Shown here: positions 29,481 to 40,321 of the stretch, in pieces
Layout: each line of letters starts with the position of its first letter
How positions within the stretch are numbered: position 1 is the stretch's first letter
From: Myxococcales bacterium
Lineage (GTDB): Bacteria > Myxococcota_A > Polyangia > Polyangiales > JAFGIB01
Length of the DNA: 58,951 nucleotides
Direction: 5' to 3'
Assembly: GCA_028817905.1 (NCBI GenBank)
Contig: JAPPOR010000007.1
Location: 3,502 to 62,452 of the forward strand
Notes under the pieces: generated by a model
What the model saw: only the letters and a program-made list of their open reading frames with translations
Databases searched by the model: none
Told to the model about the DNA's origin: nothing
Position numbers and translations under genes: made by a program

Positions 29481-30353
29481 GTGCTCGGCGCGAACCAGCC
29501 TGAGTTCCGGCCCTCTTCACTGCCGTACAGCAGCTGTGTAGGTTTTCCGGTGCTCGTGGCCTTGCAGGTCGCCACCACGCTGGCTGCTAGCCTGGGAGCG
29601 TGCACCACCGGGACGTCCGCCGATGCCCACGAGCGATCAGTGAAACAGTACGAACTCGCCGTTGGACTTCAGGCAGAGGGCAATTTTCCGAGCGCTTTCA
29701 AGACCTTGTTCAAGGCGATCGAGCTCGACCCTGACAATGCCAACGCTCACCAGTTGCTCGCGAACCTGTTCCTGATGCGGCGGGCAGACAACCCAGATCG
29801 CCATGACCCGCTAGCCGAGAAACATTTCGGAGAGGTCCTCCGGATCGAGCGAGGTAGCGACCAGCCAAGCAAAGCGACGATCGCCGACGCCCTCAACGGC
29901 CTTGGCGTGTTGCGGGTGCACCAGGGTCGCCACGACGAGGCGATCGTGTCCTTCAAGGAAGCGATCGACGAGGACCTGTTCAACGCCCGCGCGTACATGG
30001 CCTGGGGCAACCTCGGTTGGGCATACGCGGAAAAAGGCGACTACCAGGACTCAATTCAAGCCCTGAGGCGCGCCGTCGGTCTAAACCGTGGCTTCTGCGT
30101 GGGTCACTATCGACTCGGCAAGAGCTTCCTGGCAACCAAGGCTTTCAGCGAAGCGGAGCAGGCGCTCACAAAGGCACTCGAGGTAGATGAGCGCTGCGCG
30201 TCTTTTCAGGACGCATGGCACCTGCGCGGTGCCGCGCGCATGGGCCTCGGCTATCGCGACGATGCACGAAGCGACTTCGAACGCTGCATTGAGTTGGCAC
30301 CGAGTACTGAAGCTGGGACGGCCTGCAGCCGTTACCTAGAAGCGACCTACTAG
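29481..30353 (+). CDS. tgl: TPR lipoprotein, Tgl/PilF(PilW)-like pilotin
   Basis: LGAC lipobox, TPR repeats with paired Cys; adjacent to an HTH gene and recO. Start may be the GTG at 29550. Confidence 0.7.
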   Translation: MLGANQPEFRPSSLPYSSCVGFPVLVALQVATTLAASLGACTTGTSADAHERSVKQYELAVGLQAEGNFPSAFKTLFKAIELDPDNANAHQLLANLFLMRRADNPDRHDPLAEKHFGEVLRIERGSDQPSKATIADALNGLGVLRVHQGRHDEAIVSFKEAIDEDLFNARAYMAWGNLGWAYAEKGDYQDSIQALRRAVGLNRGFCVGHYRLGKSFLATKAFSEAEQALTKALEVDERCASFQDAWHLRGAARMGLGYRDDARSDFERCIELAPSTEAGTACSRYLEATY

Positions 30354-30409
30354 CTCCCCCTTCACCACCCATCCGGATCAAGCCGGGTTGGCTGGCGATG
30401 GATGCGAGC
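30354..30409. repeat. Degenerate CTAG-bounded element carrying a family 2 right end
   Basis: CTAG at 30350 (stop codon) and at 30410; GATGGATGCGAG resembles GATGGATGCGGG at 57983-57994. Confidence 0.4.
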
Positions 30410-30581
30410 CTAGGGCGTCATTTGCAGGCGTATCCGCAAGAGTGATTCAGACATTGACGCGTCACTCTGCGAGTCGACTTGCGGCGTAGCGTTTTTTCTT
30501 CGTGGCGAAGCGCGTTATGTGCTTCCGGATTTGTCAGATGAGCTCTAGACTTTTTTTTACACCCCGGGTAACGAGGGCGAC

Positions 30582-31016
30582 ATGGGGTCGCTTGGAAGCT
30601 ATCTGAAAGCAGAACGAGAGCTACGGGAGCTATCCGTAGCAGAAGTGGCCCAAGCCACGCGGATACCCGTGCGGGTTCTGCGGCACCTGGAAGCGGACGA
30701 CTGGGACAGGTTGCCGGCGGATGTATTCGTGCGGGGATACCTGCGCGCCTATGCCCGGGTGCTTGGCACCGACGAGACCGAACTGCTGTCGCGTTTTGAG
30801 GGGCGAGGTCAAGTCGAGGACCTCTCGGCAGCCCTTCCTGCGGTCTACGCACCCGAGCCGGGGCGCCGGTTCGGTATCGCGATCGCCCTGGTCATCCTGT
30901 TGATATTGTTCACGCTTGCGCTGTCGATCGTACTGCGACCCCGGCATCGTGATACCCCCGTCGAGCTGTCCTCATGGACCCGCGTCGAACAGATCTCCGA
31001 CGCGGACCTCAGCTAG
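30582..31016 (+). CDS. RodZ-like helix-turn-helix membrane protein (short)
   Basis: LGSYLKAERE..VAQATRI..LE..LP..VFVRGYLRAYA, then one TM helix; lacks a large periplasmic domain. Confidence 0.85.
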   Translation: MGSLGSYLKAERELRELSVAEVAQATRIPVRVLRHLEADDWDRLPADVFVRGYLRAYARVLGTDETELLSRFEGRGQVEDLSAALPAVYAPEPGRRFGIAIALVILLILFTLALSIVLRPRHRDTPVELSSWTRVEQISDADLS

Positions 31017-31052
31017 GCTAGCTCCTGTGGACACCGGCCCTTACCCTGCGGT

Positions 31053-31781
31053 ATGGGCAGTGCCGAACGTACACGCGCCTTCCTGCTGCGCAGCGTCGAC
31101 TTCGGGGAGGCAGACCGTATCGTTACACTGTTCACCGAGACGGTCGGCAAAGTTTCGGTCATGGCTCGGGGCGCCCGCAGCAGCCGTCGTCGCTTTGGCG
31201 GCGCGCTGGAACCCTTCTCGTTGATCGATGTGGAGGTGGCGCCGGGCCGCGGTCAGCTCGATCGACTGAGCGCGGCACGCATCGAGCGCCCGTTCGTGCG
31301 GCTCCTGGGTCGACTTACACACATGCGTGAAGGCGGGTATGCCCTCGAAGCGATCCGCGCACTGCTTCCTGAGCGCCAGCCCGAACCCAGACTCTTCACG
31401 GCCCTGATCGACTTCATCGGTGCTCTCGATGCCCCTGAGTGCGCGACCCCGCGGCAGCTCAAGCTCGGCTTGCTCGTGCAGGCGATCGCGGTGATGGGAT
31501 TTGCACCTCAACTGGACCGCTGCGGTGTCTGTAAGCGCGCGCCCACACATGAACAAGCTGTACAGCTGCATCCGGCACGCGGCTACATTGTATGCCGATC
31601 GTGCGGTGGCGCGCGCGTGCTGCTCTCAGGCCGCACGCGTGCGCTATGGTCGGGCCTCACTAGCGAAGGTTGGCTTCTTGCCGCGAGCACGCCCTGGCCG
31701 GATCAACAGGTGGCCCAGGTTTCCGATGCGCTCAAACCCCTACTGGAGTGCAACCTGGAACGCAGCGTCAGCTTTGTCTGA
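31053..31781 (+). CDS. recO: DNA repair protein RecO
   Basis: DFGEADRIVTLFT..GKV..ARGAR.SRRRFGGALEPF; Zn finger CGVC..CRSC. Confidence 0.95.
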   Translation: MGSAERTRAFLLRSVDFGEADRIVTLFTETVGKVSVMARGARSSRRRFGGALEPFSLIDVEVAPGRGQLDRLSAARIERPFVRLLGRLTHMREGGYALEAIRALLPERQPEPRLFTALIDFIGALDAPECATPRQLKLGLLVQAIAVMGFAPQLDRCGVCKRAPTHEQAVQLHPARGYIVCRSCGGARVLLSGRTRALWSGLTSEGWLLAASTPWPDQQVAQVSDALKPLLECNLERSVSFV

Positions 31782-31911
31782 ACCTGCACGCTTGAATGCC
31801 TGGTCCACCCCCGTACGGCCCTACACATTGCCGGCAGACAACCGTTTTACGCTACCATGATCCCAAAGGTCGTCGCCGGCCTTCCGCCGGTGACCGTTTC
31901 TCGGGGGTACC

Positions 31912-32286
31912 ATGGGTTTGCGCATTCTCATCGTTGACGACTCCAGCGCCATGCGCGCCTACGTTCGAGCCACACTCGAGGATAGCTTTGGCGCGACCGT
32001 CGAGGAAGCCACTAGCGGCTTCGAGGCGTTGCGCGTTCTGCCACGGGAGAGGTTCGACCTAGTTGTGGTCGACATCAACATGCCAAACATCAACGGGCTC
32101 GAGCTCATCTCCTTCATGCGTCGAAGCGAAACACACAAGGAAACCCCGCTGGTGATCATCAGCACCGAGGCCTCCAAACGCGACCGCGAGCGCGCATTCT
32201 CCCTAGGAGCAAACGCCTACCTGGCGAAACCGTTTACTTCCGAACAGCTGCTCGAGACCCTGGAACAGTTCCGCACCGAGGGCTAA
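31912..32286 (+). CDS. cheY: Single-domain response regulator (CheY-like)
   Basis: LIVDDS, DINMP, AYLAKPF. Confidence 0.9.
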   Translation: MGLRILIVDDSSAMRAYVRATLEDSFGATVEEATSGFEALRVLPRERFDLVVVDINMPNINGLELISFMRRSETHKETPLVIISTEASKRDRERAFSLGANAYLAKPFTSEQLLETLEQFRTEG

Positions 32287-32289
32287 CAC

Positions 32290-34386
32290 TTGGTCGACTC
32301 CAGCGATCGACAGCGCGCACACGACGAGTTCCTAGCCGAGGCTCAGGAGCTGATCGAGTCGCTATCGCGCGACCTGCTGCTACTCGACGAAAGCCAAAAG
32401 CAAGGCCAGAGCAACCCAGACGCACTCAACGATCTTTTCCGCGGGGTGCACACTCTCAAAGGCCTCGCCGGCATGTTCGGCTTCGAGCGCATCGGCAGTA
32501 TGGCGCACGTCCTCGAAGATCTGCTGGAAGACCTGCGACTGGGGAGGGCGGAGCTCACGCAGCACACGCTTGACGTGCTGTTCGAGGGGGCTGACGGATT
32601 CCAACGCTTGATGGCAGAAGCCAAGACAGGCGAACTCGCTGACATCGACCTTGACGCGTTCTCAACTTTGATCCATTCGGTTTCCAAGGCTGAGCAATCC
32701 GCGCCCAATATCCTCGCCGACTATGATCTGGACCCGGGGATGCTTTCCGTGCTCACGGAGTACGAAGAGCACCGGCTACGCACGAATCTCGAGCACGGGT
32801 CGACCGTCTATCGCCTACGGATCCGACTGCCCCTCGATGTGATCGATTCGGCGCTGGAGGACATCAAGCAGCGATGCAAGAACGTGGCAGAGATCATCAC
32901 CTACCTGCCGAGCATGGATGGTGGTGGAGGCGACTCGATCGATATCGAGATGCTGATGGCCAGCCAGGCGACCGAAGCAGACCTGCGGGCCGCCCTCGAC
33001 CGCCAGGATGGCAAGCTGACGGTCGTGCAGCGCCGGGTTCGCATTTCTCGTAGCCCCGATCCACGACCACCGGTTCCCTCACAACGACCGAAGGACCTGC
33101 CTGAGCCCACGTTCGCACAGGCGGCGCCGGCTCGGACGCAGGCAGAACAGAGCGCCTCCCTGCGATCGCTATCCTCGGTTGTGCGTGTCGACATCCGCAA
33201 GCTCGACCACCTCATGAATGTGGTGGGAGAGCTCGGCACTGTGCGCAGCGGAATCGGCCGTGTGGTGGAGAAGCTGCGCAACGGCGGCGACGCGATGCGC
33301 GAACTTGCCTCGGAAACGCACCGCATCCACCGAACGTTCAATCGCTACCTTACCGAAGTCCAAGAGGGCGTCCTGGACATCCGCATGGTCCCGCTCTCCC
33401 AACTCTTCGACAAGGTCGCCGTGATTGTGAGGCAAACCGCACGGGACCTGGGAAAGGACGTGCGACTACTCGTAACGGGCTCCGAGACCGAAGTCGACAA
33501 ACTCATCGCAGAAGAGCTCGCGGACCCTCTCATGCACATCGTACGCAACGCCATCGACCACGGCGTCGAGTTCCCAGAACAGCGCGCCGCGAGCGGCAAG
33601 CAGTCGCAAGCCACCGTAACGATCAATGCCTACCACAAGGGCAACCATGTAGTGATCGAGATGTCTGACGACGGCAGGGGGATCGACTCCGCGTCGGTCC
33701 GCGAGTCGGCAATCCGCAAGGGGTTACTGAGCGACCAAGCGGTCGCCGACATCTCTCGCCAGGAGCTGCTCCAAGTCATCTTCATGCCAGGCTTCAGCAC
33801 GGCGGCCCAGGTCACGGATCTCTCGGGCCGCGGCGTGGGGATGGATGTCGTCAAGACAAACATCAACCGCCTCGGTGGTGCCGTCGATATCGAGAGCGAA
33901 GAGGGCGTCGGGACCAAGGTCACGATCACACTCCCGATCACGCTCGCGATTATCAATGCACTCCTATTCGAAGTGCGCGGAAGACTGATGTCGATTCCCC
34001 TCGCCTCCGTGCAGGAAGCACTGCGCTTGGACTCGAGCATGATTGGAACCATCGAAGGCCGTGAGGTGCTCACCCTTCGGGGAGAGACCTTACCACTGTG
34101 CAGATTGGCAGACCTGTTCAAGTTCGCCGGCGAGAGTCCAATCCATAGTTTCGTGATCGTCGTCGTAGTTGGCAATCGTAGACTCGGGCTGGCGGTCGAT
34201 CGCCTGGCAGGGCAACAGGACATCGTCATCAAGGGCTTGGGTCGGAGCCTCGCAAACGTGCCGGGCATCTCGGGAGCCACGGACCTCGGTGACCAACGCC
34301 TCGTTCTCGTGGTCGACGCCGCTTCCATCATGGACGAGGTCCTGGCGCCCAAGGGCAATCACTTGCTTGTAGGCGGGCCATCATGA
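32290..34386 (+). CDS. cheA: Chemotaxis histidine kinase CheA
   Basis: Hpt FRGVHTLKG, VRVDIRKLD, HIVRNAIDHG, DDGRG, SGRGVGMDVV and C-terminal CheW domain. Confidence 0.96.
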   Translation: MVDSSDRQRAHDEFLAEAQELIESLSRDLLLLDESQKQGQSNPDALNDLFRGVHTLKGLAGMFGFERIGSMAHVLEDLLEDLRLGRAELTQHTLDVLFEGADGFQRLMAEAKTGELADIDLDAFSTLIHSVSKAEQSAPNILADYDLDPGMLSVLTEYEEHRLRTNLEHGSTVYRLRIRLPLDVIDSALEDIKQRCKNVAEIITYLPSMDGGGGDSIDIEMLMASQATEADLRAALDRQDGKLTVVQRRVRISRSPDPRPPVPSQRPKDLPEPTFAQAAPARTQAEQSASLRSLSSVVRVDIRKLDHLMNVVGELGTVRSGIGRVVEKLRNGGDAMRELASETHRIHRTFNRYLTEVQEGVLDIRMVPLSQLFDKVAVIVRQTARDLGKDVRLLVTGSETEVDKLIAEELADPLMHIVRNAIDHGVEFPEQRAASGKQSQATVTINAYHKGNHVVIEMSDDGRGIDSASVRESAIRKGLLSDQAVADISRQELLQVIFMPGFSTAAQVTDLSGRGVGMDVVKTNINRLGGAVDIESEEGVGTKVTITLPITLAIINALLFEVRGRLMSIPLASVQEALRLDSSMIGTIEGREVLTLRGETLPLCRLADLFKFAGESPIHSFVIVVVVGNRRLGLAVDRLAGQQDIVIKGLGRSLANVPGISGATDLGDQRLVLVVDAASIMDEVLAPKGNHLLVGGPS

Positions 34387-34913
34387 ACGACTCCTTGGTT
34401 CCAGCAGGCGAAGGCCCCCTGGCGGTCGAAGAGACGGGCATGCGCGAGTTTCTTGGCTTTGTCGTCGGCGATGAGGCCTACGCACTGCCGCTGTCCAGCG
34501 TGCGCGAAATCATGCGCCTGCCGCCTGTTACTGAGGTTCCCAGAGGGCCGCACGATGTCCTTGGGATTATCTCTCTGAGGGGCCAGGTCACCACCCTTAT
34601 CGATTTGCGACGGCGCCTGTCCATGCCAGAGTCGGGGATCACTGCGCGCACGCGCGTGCTACTCGTCGAACGCCGCGACGAAACCCTCGGCCTGCTGGTG
34701 GACCGCGTTCTCCAGGTCTATCGTCTGCGGGAAGACGAAGTCGAGCTGGCCTCTGTCCTGGGAGCGGACGCGTCTTCCTATGTCATGGGTATAGGGCGCC
34801 CGGGCGTGCAGCGATCGTCTCGCCGCTCGGACTCGGAGGAGGCCGAGACCGATAGCAGCATCCTCATCTTGTTGGACCCGATGGCACTGCTCAAGCAGTA
34901 CGGAGGCGCCTAG
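34383..34913 (+). CDS. cheW: CheW
   Basis: YALPLSSVREI, VPRGP..GIISLRGQV..IDLRRRL, GLLVDRV. Confidence 0.92.
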   Translation: MNDSLVPAGEGPLAVEETGMREFLGFVVGDEAYALPLSSVREIMRLPPVTEVPRGPHDVLGIISLRGQVTTLIDLRRRLSMPESGITARTRVLLVERRDETLGLLVDRVLQVYRLREDEVELASVLGADASSYVMGIGRPGVQRSSRRSDSEEAETDSSILILLDPMALLKQYGGA

Positions 34914-35422
34914 TGGGGTCGCCGATATCCGCTTCCCGCCGAATCGGCAGCAAGAACCTCGTGGGGTTCGAAGTCGGTTCGGTCCTGTATGCCCTGGATA
35001 TCGGACGGGTGCGCGAGATCATCCGACCCTTGCCCTCACTGCCCTTGCCTCACATGCCTGCAAGTGTCATCGGCGTCGCGGATCACCGCGGAGACGTTGT
35101 ACCCGTGGTCGACCTACGCGAGCGTTTTGGCCTGCCGACCGCAGAAGACACCAAGCAGGCTCGCTGGATCGTTGTGACGCGCGACAGCCGTCTGGTCGCA
35201 CTGATCGTCGACCGCGTCACGGAAGTTTTTGGTGGCGACGAGTCACGCGCCCGACAAGTACCAGAAATGGGCGACGGCGACGACACCCGTGGCATCACTG
35301 GCGTCTACGCGTACCAGGACCAACTTGCGTTCGTCCTGGATCCCGATCGTGTGGCCGCCGTGAGCGAAGAGATCGACATGTCGATCGCGCGCGAGCTCGT
35401 GGAGCAAGGGAGGGCCAAATGA
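34913..35422 (+). CDS. cheW: CheW (second copy)
   Basis: YALDIGRVREI, GVADHRGDVVPVVDLRERFG, ALIVDRV. Confidence 0.9.
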   Translation: MGSPISASRRIGSKNLVGFEVGSVLYALDIGRVREIIRPLPSLPLPHMPASVIGVADHRGDVVPVVDLRERFGLPTAEDTKQARWIVVTRDSRLVALIVDRVTEVFGGDESRARQVPEMGDGDDTRGITGVYAYQDQLAFVLDPDRVAAVSEEIDMSIARELVEQGRAK

Positions 35423-37458
35423 CACCCGAGCAAATCGAAGGGGCGCTCCAGTGCGACGACCCCGAAGCGCGGCGCGCCGCCGTGGTCGCGATGAGCGAGC
35501 ACCCCAACGTGGCCAACGGCTTTCTGTTGATGCGCGCGCTTGGAGATACCAACTGGCGCGTGCGCGAGGAAACCGTACGCGTCGGGGCCGAGTTGTACCC
35601 AGGCATCGACGTGGTCTCCGACCTCGTGATCGCAATCTGCCAGGGCGAAAACGTGGGCCTGCGCAACTCCGCGCTCGCCCTCATCGCTGCCTTGGGACGC
35701 GCCACACACGAGGCGCTTCGGCGCGCTCTGCGCGAGGTGGACCCCAACGCTCGCAAATTCGTACTCGAGGCGCTGGCTGCCGCAGGCGAAGATGACGTGG
35801 TGCCGATTCTGGTCGAGCACCTCGAGTCGGGCGACCCCAACACGGTTGCTGCAGCACTTGACGCCCTGGCAGTCGTAGGCGGCCCAGCGGGGGAAAGGGC
35901 GCTGCGCGGTGTTCTCACCTGGAAGGACGCCTTCCAGCGCATGGCCGCCATGGATGCACTCAACCGGATCGGGGCGGTGGTTCCGTGGAATGAGCTCGAG
36001 CCACTGCTAAACGACCGCCTGGTCTTCAGGGTTGCATTGTCGGCTCTCGGACGAACCGGCGACGAACGGGCGATCGGGTCCCTCGTGAGTGCACTTTCAG
36101 ATCGTTCAGCGCGTGTCCTAGCAGATGCCGCCGCCGCTATCGAACATTTCGTCGAGGCGAATCCCGACGCGCTTGTGCCCCTGGAAGACAAGCTCGCCAG
36201 TGTCGGCACCGACGCACGCGGGCGGCTCGCAGCGGTGAACGACCGTCACAGCCTGCAGTCATGGCAAGGAGCAGTACTCTTGCTATGCCTCCTGCGTGAT
36301 CCACGTGGGCTGGACAGTGCCCTAGGACTTGTAGCCGGTGAAGGCATCTGTCCAACTTTGCAGCGCGCTTTGCTACGGTGGGGTGAGGACGCCGTCGACC
36401 GTTTGCTCGAGGAGTATGTCCAGCCGGCAAGCCCTCGCGCCATGGTAGCACTCGAGCTTGCGGCCACACTTGCCGAGGAACTGGGCAGCGAGATAAAGCC
36501 TGCCCTGCTGTCGCGGCTACAGGCGGAGCTGCGCAAAGGCCTGTTCGGCACGGATCCAGAACTGCAACTCGTAGCTGCCCGAGCGATCGGGCCATTCGCA
36601 GAACCTGCCGATTCTCTGCCACTTGTCCAGGCCGCAGGCAGCGCGGACTACGAGCTAGCAGAAGCCTGCGGAAGCGCGCTCGTAGAACTCGCGGAGCGAG
36701 AAGCGGACGCCGTACGCGAGGCACTCAGCCAATGTGAACTCAGTGGCGCCGGGCTCGAGGCGGTCGCAGGACTGTTGGTCGAACTGGAGGGGGACAAGGC
36801 GCTGCGACGCTTCCAGGCTGCACTACTGCTCGATGATCCGGCCACACGCTGTGCGGCGCTTTCAGGGCTTGCCAAGCTCGGGGGAGAACGGGCGGCTGAG
36901 CTCATCGCGCTGGCGCTAACGGACGAAAGCCTCGAAGTGCAGCTCGCAGCAGCTGAATCCCTGGGCAAGCTTCCGGACGAGCTCGGCGTGGCCCCGCTCT
37001 TGCTGTGCCTCGACGCCGATTCCACGCCCTTGCGAGCAGCAGTAGCCAAAGCACTCGGTGATTGCGGAAGTCCGCGGGCGGTAGAGCCGTTGCGAACACT
37101 GATGGAGTCTGGCACCGACGGCTCAGCTGTCCACGTTTCGGCCCTGAGCAGCCTGCACAAGCTTGCAGCCCCTGGACTGCAAGGGTTGCTCGTCAAGGCA
37201 CTCGAGGCCAGCGACGCAGAGGTAGTGAAGCAGGCCCTCACGGCGCTGGGGGAGTGCCAACCACAGAGCTTCGAGCATTTGGCGCGTGCCCTGACCGACG
37301 CTCGCTGGGACGTCCGCCAGCTGGCAGTGCGCCTGGTCGCTGCTGCAAAGCACACCGAGGCACCCGCGTTGCTGGAAGCTAGGTTGGAGAGCGAAGAAGA
37401 CGACTTGGTGAGAGCGGAGCTCATCGAAGCGCTGGCTCAGCTGCGCGGGGTGGCATGA
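35419..37458 (+). CDS. HEAT-repeat (PBS lyase-like) protein
   Basis: Repeated LxDxxxxVRxxAxxALG helical units throughout. Confidence 0.9.
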   Translation: MTPEQIEGALQCDDPEARRAAVVAMSEHPNVANGFLLMRALGDTNWRVREETVRVGAELYPGIDVVSDLVIAICQGENVGLRNSALALIAALGRATHEALRRALREVDPNARKFVLEALAAAGEDDVVPILVEHLESGDPNTVAAALDALAVVGGPAGERALRGVLTWKDAFQRMAAMDALNRIGAVVPWNELEPLLNDRLVFRVALSALGRTGDERAIGSLVSALSDRSARVLADAAAAIEHFVEANPDALVPLEDKLASVGTDARGRLAAVNDRHSLQSWQGAVLLLCLLRDPRGLDSALGLVAGEGICPTLQRALLRWGEDAVDRLLEEYVQPASPRAMVALELAATLAEELGSEIKPALLSRLQAELRKGLFGTDPELQLVAARAIGPFAEPADSLPLVQAAGSADYELAEACGSALVELAEREADAVREALSQCELSGAGLEAVAGLLVELEGDKALRRFQAALLLDDPATRCAALSGLAKLGGERAAELIALALTDESLEVQLAAAESLGKLPDELGVAPLLLCLDADSTPLRAAVAKALGDCGSPRAVEPLRTLMESGTDGSAVHVSALSSLHKLAAPGLQGLLVKALEASDAEVVKQALTALGECQPQSFEHLARALTDARWDVRQLAVRLVAAAKHTEAPALLEARLESEEDDLVRAELIEALAQLRGVA

Positions 37459-38327
37459 GAAAGAGTGGAGCCGCACGCGTCGCGCCTCGCATGACAGCCG
37501 AGGAATTTCGGCTGTTGCGCGAGTTCATCAACGAACACAGCGGCATCAAGATTGGGGAGGAACTCCGGCCGATCGTGGAAAGGCGCCTGGGGGAGCGAGT
37601 CGTCGCCCTGCGCATAGGCAGCTTTCGCGAGTACTACCACTTCCTCTGCTATCACCCGCGCCGGCACACCGAGCTCGAGCGCACGATGGAGATTCTCACG
37701 ACCAATGAGACGTACTTTTTCCGCGAGTGGAGCCAGCTGCGTGCGTTCCGAAGCCAGGTGCTGCCGTCGCTGAAGGAAGCGGCCTCGGTGAGAAAGTCTC
37801 TGACCGTATGGAGCGCCGGGTGCTCGTCGGGCGAAGAAGTCTACTCGCTCGCAATCTTGATCGAGGAGTCTGGGCTCTTCGATGGCTGGGAGGTGCGGGT
37901 CTTCGGAAACGACATCTCGCGCAAAGTGCTCCAAGTTGCGCGCGCGGGGACCTATCGCGAATCAAGCTTCAGGGCCATGCCTGAGGGCTACGAACGCTTC
38001 TTCACACGCACACCAGAGGGGCGTGTAGTGCACCCACGCATACGCTCCATGTGTGTGTTTGGGCACTTCAACCTCCTGGACCAGGCGCGGGTAGCGATCG
38101 TCGGTCAAGTCGATGCGATCTTTTGTCGCAATGTCTTGATATACTTTGACAAGGAATCCCGGCGGCGCCTGATCGAGAGCTTCTACGAGCGCCTGCATCC
38201 GGGTGGCTACTTGATGTTGGGGCACAGCGAGTCACTATTGCACGCGTCAACAGCTTTCCAGCTAGCGCATCTCCACGGCGATCTCGCTTATCGCAAGCCA
38301 ATCTCAAGCCAAGGTGAAGAGCGGTAA
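37455..38327 (+). CDS. cheR: Protein-glutamate methyltransferase CheR
   Basis: TTNETYFFRE, WSAGCSSGEE.YS, IFCRNVLIYFD, LGHSES. Confidence 0.96.
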   Translation: MRKSGAARVAPRMTAEEFRLLREFINEHSGIKIGEELRPIVERRLGERVVALRIGSFREYYHFLCYHPRRHTELERTMEILTTNETYFFREWSQLRAFRSQVLPSLKEAASVRKSLTVWSAGCSSGEEVYSLAILIEESGLFDGWEVRVFGNDISRKVLQVARAGTYRESSFRAMPEGYERFFTRTPEGRVVHPRIRSMCVFGHFNLLDQARVAIVGQVDAIFCRNVLIYFDKESRRRLIESFYERLHPGGYLMLGHSESLLHASTAFQLAHLHGDLAYRKPISSQGEER

Positions 38328-39400
38328 TGGCCGATAGAAAGCTCCGCGTACTCGTCGTTGATGACTCGGCGATCAATCGCAAGTCCCTGACCGGTCTGCT
38401 CGAGGAGCACCCTGGGGTCCAGGTTATCGGGACGGCTTCGGACGGCGATGAGGCGCTTCGTCTGGCGGCGTCCCTTTCGCCGGACTTGATCACACTCGAC
38501 CTCGAAATGCCGCGCATGGATGGCTTTACCTTCCTGCGCCTTCTGATGGCGAGCCGGCCAACGCCAGTCATCGTCGTTTCGAGCCACTCCGCCAAGGAAA
38601 ACGTGTTCCGCGCGCTCGAACTGGGAGCGATCGACTTCATTGCGAAGCCGGAGCAGTTGCTCGCCGGCCGCACTGAAGAGATTCGCACGCAGCTAGACCA
38701 CATGGTCGCCGTGGTACGCCAGCTGGCCCCATCCACGTGGCGGACACGGCGCAAGCCTGTGCCCAGCGAACCACCGGGGCGCGCGAAGACCACCATTCAG
38801 GAGAGGCCGCTATCGAAGCTCGGTGGTTCGCCCGACAAACTGGTCGTGGTTGCTTCGTCCACGGGCGGGCCAACGGCGCTCCTGGAACTATTCTCGAAGC
38901 TGCCTTCCCGGGCCTCTGCGTCAATCGTCGTGGCTCAGCATATGCCGGATCGCTTCACGAAGGCCTTCGCCGATCGCCTGGACCGTCTGAGCGCCTTTCG
39001 GGTGCTTGAGGCGGACGACAAGCACGAGATCAACGCCGGGACCGCGCTCGTATGTCCCGGTGGGCGCTGTATCGAGGTGTCGCGAAACAACGGTCGATTA
39101 ACAGCCCAAGTTGTCTGGCCGGGGGAGCAGGACCGCTACGCGCCCTCCGCCGATCGCCTGTTCTCTTCGTCCGCCAAGGCGGCCGGCCGGCGCGTAATCG
39201 GGGTGGTGCTGACCGGCATGGGGGACGACGGCGCCCGAGGCGTGGTCGAAGTGGCGGAAAGCGGCGGCACAGTCATAGCGGAGTCCGAAGAAACGGCAGT
39301 CGTATTCGGCATGCCCAAGGCGGCTGCCCGGACGGGCATGGTCAACCACGTACTCCCTTTGACCGGGTTGGTGGACAAGCTGGTAAAGCTGCTCGCATGA
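38327..39400 (+). CDS. cheB: REC-methylesterase CheB
   Basis: N-terminal REC; catalytic STGG, QHM and LTGMGDDG; FGMP. Confidence 0.96.
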   Translation: MADRKLRVLVVDDSAINRKSLTGLLEEHPGVQVIGTASDGDEALRLAASLSPDLITLDLEMPRMDGFTFLRLLMASRPTPVIVVSSHSAKENVFRALELGAIDFIAKPEQLLAGRTEEIRTQLDHMVAVVRQLAPSTWRTRRKPVPSEPPGRAKTTIQERPLSKLGGSPDKLVVVASSTGGPTALLELFSKLPSRASASIVVAQHMPDRFTKAFADRLDRLSAFRVLEADDKHEINAGTALVCPGGRCIEVSRNNGRLTAQVVWPGEQDRYAPSADRLFSSSAKAAGRRVIGVVLTGMGDDGARGVVEVAESGGTVIAESEETAVVFGMPKAAARTGMVNHVLPLTGLVDKLVKLLA

Positions 39401-39413
39401 AACGCGCAGGAGT

Positions 39414-40319
39414 GTGGCAAAATTGAGCAAACGTGAATCACGAACAGGCCCGCCGGGCAGTGACCGGCCCGACCTCCGCGCCGAGCGCGAAGCGTTCGTT
39501 AGGAGCTTCTTGCGCAAAGGCGTCGAGCTGACCGAAGAGTTGCTCAAGGAGAACCAAGAGCTTCAGCGGGAGTATCGCAAGCTCGAGGAGGAAAACCTGC
39601 GCCTACGCAACCAGATAGCGAGCGACGGCGCCATCCGCGATCTCTTGGAGCGCATCGACCGCCTGGAGGGGGAGCGCAACAACCTGATGAGTCGTTCAAA
39701 CGAGTTGGAGGTCAGCTCGCGAAAGCACGACGCGCGTTCGCGCCAGGTCGAACAGGAGCTCAACGACCTCGCCAGCCTCTATGTGGCGGCCTATCAGCTG
39801 AGCGCCTCGTTGTCACCGCGCAAGGTCATAAAGCAGATCTGCGAGCTGGTCGAGCAGCTGGTCGGGGGCGAGCGCTTCGCCCTGTATCTGATCTCGGCCG
39901 ATGAAGGGCAGGCACTGCCACTCGACTCCCGCGGGTACGAGCCGGGAGAGCTCGCTCCGATGGCGCTGGCAGACGGACCCATGGCGGACGTGGTGTTGAC
40001 AGGCACCGAGCGCGTGCAGGACGACCCCGCCAATCGCATTGAGGATGTCCCACTTGCACTGGTTCCGCTAACGGTCAACGGCCAGACGATCGCGATTATC
40101 GTGCTCGAAAACCTGTTGCCCCATAAACACGCGTGGGCATCGGTCGACGCGGAGCTATTTCGGCTGCTCGGGACCCTGGGCGCGACGGCTCTCATTGCCG
40201 CCAACCTCTACTCGGACGCGCATACTCCGGGAAGTGCGTTGTCGACCTTGAAGACGAAACTGGACCCAAAGGATGCGGAGCGGGCCATGGACCCGGCAGC
40301 AGCGGATGTGGGTGTCTGA
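39414..40319 (+). CDS. Coiled-coil + GAF domain protein
   Basis: Heptad-rich N-terminal ~110 aa followed by a GAF-like region (LALVPL..IAIIVL..HK..D.ELF.LL). Confidence 0.8.
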   Translation: MAKLSKRESRTGPPGSDRPDLRAEREAFVRSFLRKGVELTEELLKENQELQREYRKLEEENLRLRNQIASDGAIRDLLERIDRLEGERNNLMSRSNELEVSSRKHDARSRQVEQELNDLASLYVAAYQLSASLSPRKVIKQICELVEQLVGGERFALYLISADEGQALPLDSRGYEPGELAPMALADGPMADVVLTGTERVQDDPANRIEDVPLALVPLTVNGQTIAIIVLENLLPHKHAWASVDAELFRLLGTLGATALIAANLYSDAHTPGSALSTLKTKLDPKDAERAMDPAAADVGV

Positions 40320-40321
40320 TC